Below are positions 28,735 to 38,902 of a stretch of DNA of 64,000 bases, one piece after another. Source of the DNA: a virus. Numbering within the stretch: the first letter of the stretch is position 1; every line of letters begins with the position of its first letter. The position numbers and the translations under genes were made by a program. The notes under the pieces were generated by a model that had not been told where the DNA came from, searched no databases, and saw nothing but the letters and a program-made list of their open reading frames with translations. The stretch is taken from positions 1 to 64,000 of IMG/VR virus record IMGVR_UViG_3300028588_000016; one strand, 5' to 3'.

Positions 28735-29063
28735 TGTTAGATAGAGATTTTCTAATTGAATCTTTACCAGACATGGATAAGGATTTACTGATAGACAAAC
28801 TTATCGGTCTAAGTGACGAAATCTTAGAAGTAATCTTTCCAGAATATTTGTTACATGAATGTAATAACTGTAATAGTAACTTCTCTGATTGGGAACTTGA
28901 TCGCGATGGTAACTGTAGTGAATGTGCTGAATGGCAAGAGAATCGTGCTACTTGCGAAAGGTGTTGGGATGAATTTGAATGTGCAGAACTTGATGAGCAT
29001 AGTCATTGTATAGACTGTATGGATGCAACAGATGAGAATGATAAAGACGAAGAAGAAGAATAA
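28734..29063 (+). CDS. acidic protein with two tandem Cys4 repeats
   Basis: Two copies of CxxC-x8-ELD-x4-CxxC. Confidence 0.65.
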   Translation: MLDRDFLIESLPDMDKDLLIDKLIGLSDEILEVIFPEYLLHECNNCNSNFSDWELDRDGNCSECAEWQENRATCERCWDEFECAELDEHSHCIDCMDATDENDKDEEEE

Positions 29064-30035
29064 GTGAGTATATTTGATAAAAGAACATTAGTATTTCCGT
29101 ATGAGTATCCAGATGTTGTACCGTATGGCGAAGCAGTACAGCATTCTTATTGGTTATTCTCGGAGTTTGATTTCAGTAATGATATTCAAGACTATAAAAC
29201 GAAAATAACAGATAGAGAGCGTACCGTTATTAAGCGTGCCATGTTGGCAATTTCCCAAATCGAAGTGGCTGTGAAGTCATTTTGGAAGAAAGTAGGAGAC
29301 AGGTTTAAGAAACCAGAAATTGATGATGCAGGAGTTATCATGGCCGAATCAGAAACTAGACACCAAAGATTTTATTCTAGGTTGCTAGTTGAGTTAGGCT
29401 TACAAGGCGAGTTTGCGGAAGCACTCAAAGTACCTGAAATATTGGGAAGAGTAGCCTATCTTGAGAAATATTTGTCTAATTCTAAGTCTACGGATGAAGA
29501 ATACGTTAGGCATTTAATTCTATTTACTTTATTAATTGAGCGAGTATCTCTATTTGCACAGTTCTTAATTATAAAGCTTTTCAGAAAAGAAAAGAATATG
29601 TTCATAGACATAGAGTCTGGTATTAACGCAACCCAAAAGGAAGAGTTGATCCATGCTATGTTCGGTTCTTACTTAATCAATATGGTTAAGAAAGAGTTTG
29701 CCGAGTGGTTTACACCAGAATTGTATGCCATGATTAATGAGGTTTGTTTAAAAGCCTATGAAGCCGAATGCGAAATAGTAGAATGGATATTTGATCGTCA
29801 AGACCTCGACTTTATTACTAGAGCCGAGATTAAAGAGTTTATTAAGTTAAACATTAATGAATCTCTTGGTATGATCAATATTAATCCTCTATTTGACGTG
29901 AATTGGGATAAGTTAAGCAGATGCGAATTTTTTATAACTGAGATATACGCTTTCGTTAGAAATGACTTCTTTAACAGTAAGTCGGCTAACTATGCCAAGC
30001 GTAATAAATCAGTTAGCGCAAACGATTTATTTTAA
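29064..30035 (+). CDS. nrdB: ribonucleotide reductase class Ia beta subunit
   Basis: SQIEVAVK.FW, ETRH, IER..LF..F, EELIH di-iron ligands. Confidence 0.92.
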   Translation: MSIFDKRTLVFPYEYPDVVPYGEAVQHSYWLFSEFDFSNDIQDYKTKITDRERTVIKRAMLAISQIEVAVKSFWKKVGDRFKKPEIDDAGVIMAESETRHQRFYSRLLVELGLQGEFAEALKVPEILGRVAYLEKYLSNSKSTDEEYVRHLILFTLLIERVSLFAQFLIIKLFRKEKNMFIDIESGINATQKEELIHAMFGSYLINMVKKEFAEWFTPELYAMINEVCLKAYEAECEIVEWIFDRQDLDFITRAEIKEFIKLNINESLGMININPLFDVNWDKLSRCEFFITEIYAFVRNDFFNSKSANYAKRNKSVSANDLF

Positions 30036-31699
30036 TGTATAACACTTATGAACCTTGGTATTGGTTAAATACCGAAAGCGTTAAATTTCTAAGAAACGGA
30101 TATATCGACGAAGGTGTAGATATAATTGAACACTTTAAAGGGTTAGGACACAAGGCTGAAAAGATCCTTCGTAGACCTGGCTTTGCGGACAAGTTTAACA
30201 GCTATCTGTCTAGAGGTTTCTATTTATTACCTACTCCAACTATTACAAACTTCTTATCTAAAACTGATGCAACTGTTAGTTGTTTTGGTTCTGTTATCCC
30301 CGATTCTATCGAGGGTATTATGGATACGAATGCTGAAATAGGTACTATGTCTCAGATAGGTGGTGGTACTTCTGGTACTTTACACCAATTAAGATCTAGA
30401 GGTACAGTAATTGGAGACGGGCCTTTCACTACGTCTGGTGCTCCATCTTTCATGCCTATTTATCAAGCAACTGTTAATGCAGTTTCGCAAAAGAATAGAC
30501 GTGGTCACTTTTGTCCTACATTACCGATTGAGCATCCAGATGCTGATGAGTTCTTGGACTTTAGAAGCGAAGGCAACGTAATTCAGCATTTATCTTTCTC
30601 TATCTCTGTTACGAGAGAATGGATTAAAGAGATGAAAGCTGGAGATGCTGACAAGCGTAAACTTTGGGCTAAAGTTATCAACTCTAGAATGTCTACCGGA
30701 TTTCCGTATATACATTTCTATGATAACGTTAACGATGCTAGACCTCAATGGTTTAAAGATAAAGATCTAAAGATACATCATTCAAACATGTGTCAAGAAA
30801 TTAGTCTTTATAACACAGAGGATGAATCGTTTACTTGTGTATTAGGTTCTTTGAACTTACTACATTGGGATGAAATCATTGACACTGATGCTATTAAAAC
30901 ATTAGCTTACTTTATTGATGCTACTATTACTGACTTCTTAGACAAAGTTAAACATATTAAACATATGCAGAAAGCCGTAAGGTTTACTGAAAGAAATAGA
31001 GCAATCGGTATCGGAGTTAGTGGTTACCATAGTTATCTGCAAAGTCTAGGAGTTCCTTTCGACTCTCTTGAAGCTAGAAACATTAATGTTAATATCTTTA
31101 AGGAATTAGAAAGACAATCTGTTGAAGCTAGTAAGCATGCAGCTATTGAATTGGGTGAACCTGAATTGTTGAAAGGTTATGGCAGACGTTGGTCTACAAC
31201 TAATGCATTAATGCCCAATACTTCATCTGCATTTATTGTAGGTCAAGTTTCTCAATCAATTGAACCTTATGTTAATAACTATTACGTAAAAGATGTGGCT
31301 AAAAACAAAATCGAAATAAAGAATCCTTATTTACAGGAAATCTTAGCCGAGTACGGCAAAGATACTAAGGATACTTGGTTATCTATTTTAAAGAATGAAG
31401 GTTCTGTTCAACATCTTAAGTTCTTAACGGACAAAGAAAGAGCAATCTTCAAAACATTCTTTGAGATCGAACCTAACGAAATCATTATTCAAGCATCACA
31501 TAGACAGAAATTCATAGATCAAGGACAAAGTCTTAATCTAATCTTTCATGAAGATGAAACGGTTAAGAAGATTAACGACGTAATCTTAAAAGCTGAAAGT
31601 ATGGGTATAAAGAACTTATATTACCATATTGCAGAGAGTTCTGCTCAAGCTTTTACTAATAAGATTGCAGCTTCACAATGTGAAAGTTGTGCATCATAG
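30035..31699 (+). CDS. nrdA: ribonucleotide reductase class Ia alpha subunit (no ATP cone)
   Basis: PTPT, SCF, GGGT, SNMCQEI, CVLGS, MPNTSS, C-terminal CESC. Confidence 0.93.
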   Translation: MYNTYEPWYWLNTESVKFLRNGYIDEGVDIIEHFKGLGHKAEKILRRPGFADKFNSYLSRGFYLLPTPTITNFLSKTDATVSCFGSVIPDSIEGIMDTNAEIGTMSQIGGGTSGTLHQLRSRGTVIGDGPFTTSGAPSFMPIYQATVNAVSQKNRRGHFCPTLPIEHPDADEFLDFRSEGNVIQHLSFSISVTREWIKEMKAGDADKRKLWAKVINSRMSTGFPYIHFYDNVNDARPQWFKDKDLKIHHSNMCQEISLYNTEDESFTCVLGSLNLLHWDEIIDTDAIKTLAYFIDATITDFLDKVKHIKHMQKAVRFTERNRAIGIGVSGYHSYLQSLGVPFDSLEARNINVNIFKELERQSVEASKHAAIELGEPELLKGYGRRWSTTNALMPNTSSAFIVGQVSQSIEPYVNNYYVKDVAKNKIEIKNPYLQEILAEYGKDTKDTWLSILKNEGSVQHLKFLTDKERAIFKTFFEIEPNEIIIQASHRQKFIDQGQSLNLIFHEDETVKKINDVILKAESMGIKNLYYHIAESSAQAFTNKIAASQCESCAS

Positions 31700-31734
31700 A
31701 TGATCATATGATAAATGTTAATATGTTAATGTAA

Positions 31735-32046
31735 ATGAATTTACTAGTAATAAAGGCAGACACTAATGATGCAGATTATATTCACTCTTTACGTGAAAAT
31801 GTAAACAGTGCAGATTTAGCAGCTATTAAACGTGTTTGGGCAGTAGTGAGTAAATATGAAGGTGATTATAACTGGGGACATTCTGAATACACAGATCCTG
31901 CTGATGATCCTTTCAAAGTCTACAAAGATGTCTTGTCTGCAAATGACATAGACACCATGAGTTGCTATGCGCCTTACGGTGAACATGGAATCCATACTAT
32001 CGAATCCGTAACTATTTACGAGTTTACTAATAAAATAGAACTATGA
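31735..32046 (+). CDS. hypothetical protein
   Basis: KADTNDADY motif; ORF track entry. Confidence 0.7.
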   Translation: MNLLVIKADTNDADYIHSLRENVNSADLAAIKRVWAVVSKYEGDYNWGHSEYTDPADDPFKVYKDVLSANDIDTMSCYAPYGEHGIHTIESVTIYEFTNKIEL

Positions 32047-32393
32047 TAGAAGTAGTATTAGTATTTAGAAGAGATGATGAAAGGTTAGAAGAAGCTAGAA
32101 AGGCTATATCTGATTTGGTTGCCGCCAATGACGACGTAACTGATCCTGTTCAATACAATCTAACATCATCTAAATTTCTAGAGAAACGTACAGCAGGTTC
32201 CTTACTTGCACGTCATGCGACATTCAACACGCCCTTAATCCTATTCAGGAAAGAGGGCGTTGTTGTTAGAGCACTATATGACGAGGAAGTAAAAGATACA
32301 GCTGATTATCCTAAGATGTTATTTGATAAACTTAAAGAAGCCAGAAATGCAATACCTGTTATTGAAGACGTATACGAAGACTTTGAAGACTGA
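32043..32393 (+). CDS. possible thioredoxin-fold protein lacking CxxC
   Basis: FNTPLILF cis-Pro-like motif; no Cys; lies after RNR. Confidence 0.45.
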   Translation: MIEVVLVFRRDDERLEEARKAISDLVAANDDVTDPVQYNLTSSKFLEKRTAGSLLARHATFNTPLILFRKEGVVVRALYDEEVKDTADYPKMLFDKLKEARNAIPVIEDVYEDFED

Positions 32394-32958
32394 GGTAGGT
32401 AATACCTATCATTTGATTCAAAAAGACAGTTACAATAGCTTATATTTGAGTGGCTTTAAGGTTACTTCAAATGAGAATTTAGTAGACAACTATCGAAATC
32501 GTGCAGCTAAAGTAGAAACTTACTTAGTAGCTTTCTTAGGAGAGCCAGTAAAAGAAGCTAAAGTTGACGATTACTACATCATACGTGACGAAGTAGTAAG
32601 GTGTGTTAGTGTTGATAAACATATTTATGTGAATGAAGCTGGTCAGTACTTTCAAGATGAGTACGGCAGTAAATTCCACATTGTTTACAGTAATCTATAT
32701 GTACCGCATAATGGAGTACACTCTTTTAGCGATAGAGGTTATTATAAACAAATAGGTAAAGAATTCCCTATAAATAGTTTAGTAGACGCGCTCAATTACA
32801 CTTTACCTAAGACTGAATCTTATATTTACAGGATAGCTAAAGGTGAACAGGATATAGAAGAAGTTTTCTTTACACCTGATTTCAAGTCAATAGATGATTA
32901 TGAAGAGTTCCGGCCAATACAGGCTTGTGAGATAGATGCTCGATTTGATTGCGAATAA
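32347..32958 (+). CDS. hypothetical protein
   Basis: ORF track entry; ATG at 32347 preferred. Confidence 0.6.
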   Translation: MQYLLLKTYTKTLKTEVGNTYHLIQKDSYNSLYLSGFKVTSNENLVDNYRNRAAKVETYLVAFLGEPVKEAKVDDYYIIRDEVVRCVSVDKHIYVNEAGQYFQDEYGSKFHIVYSNLYVPHNGVHSFSDRGYYKQIGKEFPINSLVDALNYTLPKTESYIYRIAKGEQDIEEVFFTPDFKSIDDYEEFRPIQACEIDARFDCE

Positions 32959-32970
32959 TCCTATATAAAC

Positions 32971-33504
32971 TTGAAATTTAACGAATTCCAACCACTTGCA
33001 GTGGTTACAAAGGCTCCACTAGGAAGCCAAATATTAGACAGTGTTCACATGGTATTGGGTATGGCTACTGAAATTGCTGATGAATTACCAGACGCTTTAG
33101 CTAACGATGACTTTGTCAACGTCGGTGAAGAACTGGGTGATTGTCAATGGTATGAAGCCGGTTATGCTGATACATGGGGTTTAGTTGTAAATGAAGAATT
33201 TACTTTTAAACCAGAAGAATATCTAGATTTAGATCCTATGAAGACTATTGCTCAAATGCAAGACTTGGATAAAAAAGAGTTAGCTTACGGTAAGATTGCA
33301 CCTATTGAGGAGCGTCAACGTTTGATTAACAAAATACACTACGAAACTGAAGCTTTAGCTTTCGGCTTGGGTATTGACATGGATGTACAACGTTTCAAAA
33401 TCATACAAAAACTTAAAGCTCGTTTCGGTGCAAAGTTCAATGCTCACGGTGCTATAAATCGTAATCTTGATGTTGAGAGGGCTATATTAGAAAGTAACCA
33501 GTAA
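32971..33504 (+). CDS. MazG-like NTP pyrophosphohydrolase
   Basis: GMATEIADE, EELGDCQWY, KLKARF. Confidence 0.85.
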   Translation: MKFNEFQPLAVVTKAPLGSQILDSVHMVLGMATEIADELPDALANDDFVNVGEELGDCQWYEAGYADTWGLVVNEEFTFKPEEYLDLDPMKTIAQMQDLDKKELAYGKIAPIEERQRLINKIHYETEALAFGLGIDMDVQRFKIIQKLKARFGAKFNAHGAINRNLDVERAILESNQ

Positions 33505-33536
33505 TTTGGTATTCTAACTTTATCTTCGTATATTGC
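33505..33536 (+). promoter_or_regulatory. putative Bacteroidota-type promoter
   Basis: TTTG-N20-TATATTGC (imperfect -7 element), preceded by CG. Confidence 0.45.
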
Positions 33537-33560
33537 AGTTCATTAATTTAAGAACTGTAA

Positions 33561-34271
33561 ATGCCAAGAGACAGAAAAAACCCAGCAACACGCAAGATTC
33601 GTAAAACCGAAATTGCATTTAACTGCACATTAACCGCTGAACAAAAGGAAGCTAAAGCTATTGCTCTAGACAACCAAGTGGTTATCTTCACAGGTAAACC
33701 GGGTACAAGTAAAACATTTCTAAACTGTAACATTGCTTTAGATTTGTTAATCAGTAATCGAGTAGGAAAGATTCTAGTAACTAGACCGACTGTAATAGTA
33801 GGTAGTGGTGAAGGAATGGGTTTCTTACCAGGTGAAGCGTTCTCCATGAAGGAAGGAAAGATGGGACCTTATTTAACACCTATTCTTCAAGCTATGATCG
33901 ACCTCAAAGGAGAGGCAACAATCATGAAAATGCTTGAGAATAATGAGATTGAGGTTGCTCCGATTGACTTCGTGAGAGGCAGAAACTTTAAAGATTGTGT
34001 CGTAATAGTAGACGAAGCACAAAACTTAAACGTGGATCAGTTGAAAGCACTGACTACACGTATTTGTGAAAATGCTAAGATGCTATTTACATGTGACGTA
34101 AACCAAGTGGATTTGAAAGCAAAACATACATCGGCTGCAAGATTCTTCGAGAAGATTGCTAGCTTGAAGGGGGTGGAGATGGTAGAATTACACGAAAACT
34201 TCAGATCACCATTAGCTATAGAGATTATGGAAATGATTGATCGCGAAGCCGCTAGAGAGTTAAATCTCTAA
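33561..34271 (+). CDS. phoH: PhoH-family ATPase
   Basis: GKPGTSKT, TRP, RGRNF, DEAQN, TRI, DVNQVD. Confidence 0.9.
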   Translation: MPRDRKNPATRKIRKTEIAFNCTLTAEQKEAKAIALDNQVVIFTGKPGTSKTFLNCNIALDLLISNRVGKILVTRPTVIVGSGEGMGFLPGEAFSMKEGKMGPYLTPILQAMIDLKGEATIMKMLENNEIEVAPIDFVRGRNFKDCVVIVDEAQNLNVDQLKALTTRICENAKMLFTCDVNQVDLKAKHTSAARFFEKIASLKGVEMVELHENFRSPLAIEIMEMIDREAARELNL

Positions 34272-34284
34272 CATTAAATTTAAT

Positions 34285-34325
34285 AAAGGCCGATATACTT
34301 AATTGTGTATCGGCCTTTTCTTTTT
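34285..34325 (+). terminator. intrinsic terminator
   Basis: AAAGGCCGATATAC..GTGTATCGGCCTTT stem then TCTTTTT. Confidence 0.85.
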
Positions 34326-35750
34326 ATGGAAATTAAGGGCGTAGAAATAGACTTAAAAGAAATAGGAATATCATTTACACCTAACGATGAACAATTACAA
34401 GCTCTGGATCATTTAATTGATTTCTTGCAAAGTGATTGTTTAACAACTGTTTTAAGTGGAAGTGCTGGAACTGGTAAAACTAGTATTATTAAGATTCTTC
34501 TAGAATATATCAAGAAGACTAGTAAAATCAATGTTACATTAGCCGCACCTACACATAAAGCTAAAATGGTATTAAGCAGATTATCCAACGACGATAATGC
34601 CTTTACTTTACATACCTTATTGAAACTAAGACCTAACATGGATATTCTTGAATTCGATGCAAATGATTTGCAATTCATGTTTAAGAATGCAGCTAATCTA
34701 TTTGACTACGAAGACGATTTAATTATCGTTGACGAAGGTTCAATGATACCTGATCCACTTTATGACTTAGCTATACAATGTATGAAACGTATGGGTAAAA
34801 TGATCTTCTTAGGAGATATGGCTCAGATACAACCCGTTAAGCAGGGTAAACTATCCAAAGTGTTTAGTAGCACAGACTACCCAGGATTTAACTTAACTAA
34901 AGTCGAGAGACAAAAGAAAGAAAGCCCGTTAGTAGAACCGTTATTAATATTACGGGATAGAAGCTTAAAAACATTCAAATCAGCCACTTTAGATGGAAAT
35001 GGATTACTAGTACACAAAAGTCCAAAAGACTTCGCACGTGAACTAAAAGAATCATTACCATCGTTAAAGGAGTTAGTCAAGAGTCCGTTTAAAAACAAAT
35101 CTATTTGTTGGACAAACCACAGAGCAGGTCAATTAAATCAATTGACTAGAAGACTTTTAGGTACATTCGGTTCAGTAATCGAAACAGGAGAATTAGTAAT
35201 GGCACACGACTCTTTCACTAGAAATGAGCAGCCAATACTCTATAACGGTAGTGAATACGTAGTTGTAGGTATGAAATACGGTACGCAACAATTACCTTAT
35301 TTCTCTAAAGTTCCTGGTTACCACTTAAGACTGCTTGATACGGTTGATGCAAAGAACAAAGGTTCTTTAGAATGTATATCGAATGTGTTTCTATTAGATC
35401 CTAATATGGCTCCAGATCTATTTGGTAGACTGGTTCATACTTATGAGAACATGAGACTTACAGCAGTTGAATCTAGAGGTTACTCGAAGAAGATATGTTG
35501 GAAATGTTTTCATGAACTTCATCAGTCTTTCATAACTCCATCTGATATGGTATATCAAGGAAGAGTTGTTAGAAAAAAGAGTATTGATTACGGTTATGCA
35601 ATAACTGTACATAAGTCGCAAGGAAGTACATACGAAAACACATTTATAGATATGAAGGATATATTGCTATGTAGACAAGATGATGAATTACGTCAACTTC
35701 AATATGTAGCAGTTTCACGAGCCAGTAAAATGGTTCATTTGTTGAATTAA
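34326..35750 (+). CDS. Dda/RecD-like SF1B helicase
   Basis: GSAGTGKT, APTHKA, VDEGSM, GDMAQ..PV, YAITVHKSQGST, YVAVSRA; start placed after the terminator. Confidence 0.9.
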   Translation: MEIKGVEIDLKEIGISFTPNDEQLQALDHLIDFLQSDCLTTVLSGSAGTGKTSIIKILLEYIKKTSKINVTLAAPTHKAKMVLSRLSNDDNAFTLHTLLKLRPNMDILEFDANDLQFMFKNAANLFDYEDDLIIVDEGSMIPDPLYDLAIQCMKRMGKMIFLGDMAQIQPVKQGKLSKVFSSTDYPGFNLTKVERQKKESPLVEPLLILRDRSLKTFKSATLDGNGLLVHKSPKDFARELKESLPSLKELVKSPFKNKSICWTNHRAGQLNQLTRRLLGTFGSVIETGELVMAHDSFTRNEQPILYNGSEYVVVGMKYGTQQLPYFSKVPGYHLRLLDTVDAKNKGSLECISNVFLLDPNMAPDLFGRLVHTYENMRLTAVESRGYSKKICWKCFHELHQSFITPSDMVYQGRVVRKKSIDYGYAITVHKSQGSTYENTFIDMKDILLCRQDDELRQLQYVAVSRASKMVHLLN

Positions 35751-35751
35751 A

Positions 35752-36147
35752 ATGAATAAAGTAATATATCTTGCTGGTGGAATGAAATCTAATTGGCAAG
35801 ACAAAGTAATAAATAGTCTGAATGAACCATTTAGACCCTTATTTCGTTTCTACGATCCTTCTAAACACGGGTTAAGCGAACCCGATCAATACACCTTATG
35901 GGATTTGAACGGTGTAGAAAAGTCTGGTGTTTTATTAGGTTACATGGAAGCTGATAATCCTTCTGGATACGGATTAGCTTTAGAAATAGGTTATGCTAAA
36001 GCTTTAGGTAAAAAAATCATCTTAGTTGATGAACGTTCTACTACAGATTCTGTATTTCAAAAACGATTTGATATGGCAAGAAGTTGTGCAGATGTAATCT
36101 GTAACTCTTTAGAAGATGCTATATTGTTATTAAAATCTTTTCAATGA
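35752..36147 (+). CDS. nucleoside 2-deoxyribosyltransferase-like protein
   Basis: IYLAGG; SGYGLALEIGYAKALGKKIILV. Confidence 0.8.
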   Translation: MNKVIYLAGGMKSNWQDKVINSLNEPFRPLFRFYDPSKHGLSEPDQYTLWDLNGVEKSGVLLGYMEADNPSGYGLALEIGYAKALGKKIILVDERSTTDSVFQKRFDMARSCADVICNSLEDAILLLKSFQ

Positions 36148-36326
36148 CCTTATATCAACTAACAAGTAAATTACAAGCTATAATTGATAGAGAACCTTCA
36201 CGAGGTAAACTTGAAGTTTATGTATATTTTACTGATCTTGAGGACACTTATGACGGTTTTAGAACACCTCAACCTATCTTACTTGTAGATAATTCAGTTT
36301 CTGATCGTATTGACATTAATATATGA
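36144..36326 (+). CDS. hypothetical protein
   Basis: ATGA coupling. Confidence 0.55.
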   Translation: MTLYQLTSKLQAIIDREPSRGKLEVYVYFTDLEDTYDGFRTPQPILLVDNSVSDRIDINI

Positions 36327-36637
36327 TGATGCAAGGTCAAACAATACTTCTGTATAAAAACCAAGTAACTCTTGAATTGTTTTTAGATGAAGATTTAAAA
36401 GCTAAAATCTATCCTGACGGGGAAGGCTTCGGTAGTATTACAGTAGAAAGTACTACTAATAAAGAGGACTACTATGCTGATAATCTTAAGTATTTTACTT
36501 CTTTCGATACCGATAAGGATAGACGTAAAGAAGTAAAGAAGGATTTGAAGAAACTAGATCAATTTTACAAAGGAGTTCTGAAAGACATTGATCATGTGTT
36601 TAGAAGAGCTTATGAACTATTTAACTACAAACCGTGA
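36323..36637 (+). CDS. hypothetical protein
   Basis: ATGA coupling. Confidence 0.6.
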   Translation: MMMQGQTILLYKNQVTLELFLDEDLKAKIYPDGEGFGSITVESTTNKEDYYADNLKYFTSFDTDKDRRKEVKKDLKKLDQFYKGVLKDIDHVFRRAYELFNYKP

Positions 36638-37728
36638 GAGAAATTTTCAGGGCACTTGTTGGAAGCCAAGCATATGGGACTGCAACTCTATCTTCCGACT
36701 TTGATTACAAGGGAGTTTACGTACAGCCGATTATGGATATTCTATGCAATGGTTACAAACCTCAAGTAGAAGTAGGAAAAGACGACACCTCATACGAGGT
36801 TCGTCGTTTCTTAGAGTTAGCTCAATCAGCTAATCCTACAATACTAGAATTGATATTTATGCCTAGCGATAAGATTATTCTCATGAAGCCAGAATTTGAA
36901 ATTATACGTGATGCACGTTATAGTTTCTTATCTAAGGAATGTAGAAACTCTTTTGGTGGTTACGCTGTTGCTCAAATTAAAAAGGCTAAAGGTCTTAATA
37001 AGAAAGGTAATATGGAGAAGGAGAGAGTGGAACGTAAGACACCTTTAGACTTTTGTTACGTTTATCGTATGAGAGGAGAACCTATTGGAAATGGTGAAAG
37101 TGATTTTATAAGTCCATCTAGTCCTGTAAAGTTGACCGAAATCTTTATTAAGTATGGAAACGTAGAAAAGATAGCTGGACTAAGTAAATTAGAACATTTA
37201 AGAAATGGTTATCTGTTATGGTTACCACAAAAAGATGTTGAGTTTAAGGGATTACTCAATTCTAATGGCGATACTTTACTAGTGTCACAAATACCTAAAG
37301 GTATTAAACCTTGGTACTATTTATACTTTAATATAGAAGCTTATCAGGTACACTGTAAAGAATACGCTTCGTATCAAACTTGGCTAAAAGAACGCAATGT
37401 TGCTAGATATGTAGACTTTGAAAACCATGGTCAATTAATTGACGGTAAGAATATGCTTCATTGTGTACGCTTATTAGATATGGCTAAAGAAATAGCTAAG
37501 AACGGAGAATTAACAGTTCGTCGTCCTAATGCTGATTATCTACTTTCTATTCGTAGAGGTGAAGTTAACTTACAATCTATTATTGATAAGTGTGAGGACG
37601 ATATTGTAGAGTTAGACGAATTATACGAGAAGTGTTCTTTGCCTGATAAATGCGATAGGAACTTTGCTGATAATTTATTAATGGACATTAGACAAATACA
37701 ACTAGGACAATGGATGGCAGGTCAATAG
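36634..37728 (+). CDS. Pol-beta-superfamily nucleotidyltransferase (PF10127-like)
   Basis: GSQAYG..SDFDYKGVY, NPTILE, GYA..Q, GKNMLHCVRLL. Confidence 0.85.
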   Translation: MREIFRALVGSQAYGTATLSSDFDYKGVYVQPIMDILCNGYKPQVEVGKDDTSYEVRRFLELAQSANPTILELIFMPSDKIILMKPEFEIIRDARYSFLSKECRNSFGGYAVAQIKKAKGLNKKGNMEKERVERKTPLDFCYVYRMRGEPIGNGESDFISPSSPVKLTEIFIKYGNVEKIAGLSKLEHLRNGYLLWLPQKDVEFKGLLNSNGDTLLVSQIPKGIKPWYYLYFNIEAYQVHCKEYASYQTWLKERNVARYVDFENHGQLIDGKNMLHCVRLLDMAKEIAKNGELTVRRPNADYLLSIRRGEVNLQSIIDKCEDDIVELDELYEKCSLPDKCDRNFADNLLMDIRQIQLGQWMAGQ

Positions 37729-37762
37729 ATGATTATTATGAAAACAAATTATATCTAAACGA

Positions 37763-38902
37763 TTGACAAATCAAATAACAGCAAAAGTATTGCTTGACAG
37801 TGTTAACGAGCACGGTCATAGAATGACTACATTCGTAGTTAAATTTCCAAGATACATTTTAGCTGAACTAAATACACACAGAGCGCTCAGCAAGAACTCA
37901 GCATCATCTAGAGCTAAACCTTTCAAGACTATGTTAGGTCTTGTAGAAACTGATCCTTTTATTCCTGTACAATGGATGAAAGATCATAAAGGTATGCAAG
38001 GTGCAGAATATTTCGATGAAGAAACCATGGTTCATCCTTATAGTAATTTTTTCAGTTTAGATGACGATTTGGGAGATCCTGTAATTGCTAAAGTTACAGA
38101 GGTTTTAGAAGAATGCTGGCTTGACGGTAGGAACTCCGCAGTCGCTATAGCGGAAGCTTTAGCTGAACATGGATTAACTAAACAAATTGTTAATCGTGTG
38201 TTGGAACCTTTCATGATGCATGAGGTAGTTCTAACCGGTACTGAATGGGAGAATTTCTTTGCTTTACGTTGTCCTCAGTACGAAGTAGACTATGTTAGAG
38301 ATTTAAACAATAAACTGTTTGATGCTCCTTCTAGAAGTAGAAAAGACGCAATTGAGAGAGAACCTCGATTAGCTAAATTCACTGATTTACAGTGGCGTAT
38401 GTTAAACACAGGTATGGCTGATATCCATATTATGGATTTAGCTGAAGCTATGTGGGATGCTTACGGTGAGTCTCTACCTAAACAACTTGTCGGAGGTGAA
38501 TGGCATATGCCGTATACTGATGATATCAACTTAGAAGATTTCTATCGTTTCTTAGTGAATGAAGGTCTTATAAGTGATCAAGTATGGGAAGGTACTCCTT
38601 ATGAGTTAATGTTACCTTATTTGCTTAAGGTATCTGCTGCAAGGTGTGCTCGTATTAGTTACAAAACCTTTGGTGAAGGTTCTAAAATCGATTGGTTAGC
38701 AGATATCAAATTACATGATAACCTGTTAACATCAGCTCCTATTCACGCTTCACCTGCCGAACATCAAGGTAAAGCGATGACTAACGATGACTTAGATAAT
38801 TATTTAGTAATTGAGGCCGGTGTAACTACTATTGGAGTTTGCCGCAACCTACGTGGCTTTGTTCAATATAGAACATTGCTAAACAATGATACAATGCGAT
38901 AA
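37763..38902 (+). CDS. thyX: flavin-dependent thymidylate synthase
   Basis: ELNTHRALSKNSASSRA, NRVLEPF, NFFALR, SAARCARISY, HASPAEH. Confidence 0.85.
   Translation: MTNQITAKVLLDSVNEHGHRMTTFVVKFPRYILAELNTHRALSKNSASSRAKPFKTMLGLVETDPFIPVQWMKDHKGMQGAEYFDEETMVHPYSNFFSLDDDLGDPVIAKVTEVLEECWLDGRNSAVAIAEALAEHGLTKQIVNRVLEPFMMHEVVLTGTEWENFFALRCPQYEVDYVRDLNNKLFDAPSRSRKDAIEREPRLAKFTDLQWRMLNTGMADIHIMDLAEAMWDAYGESLPKQLVGGEWHMPYTDDINLEDFYRFLVNEGLISDQVWEGTPYELMLPYLLKVSAARCARISYKTFGEGSKIDWLADIKLHDNLLTSAPIHASPAEHQGKAMTNDDLDNYLVIEAGVTTIGVCRNLRGFVQYRTLLNNDTMR

Noticed and set aside
31697-37762. TAG-ATG minigenes after nrdA (MII) and before thyX (MIIMKTNYI), and the ATGTTAAT direct repeat at 31715-31730
   Set aside because: Tempting to link to Pth2 or to an operator, but such short ORFs and repeats are expected by chance in AT-rich spacers.
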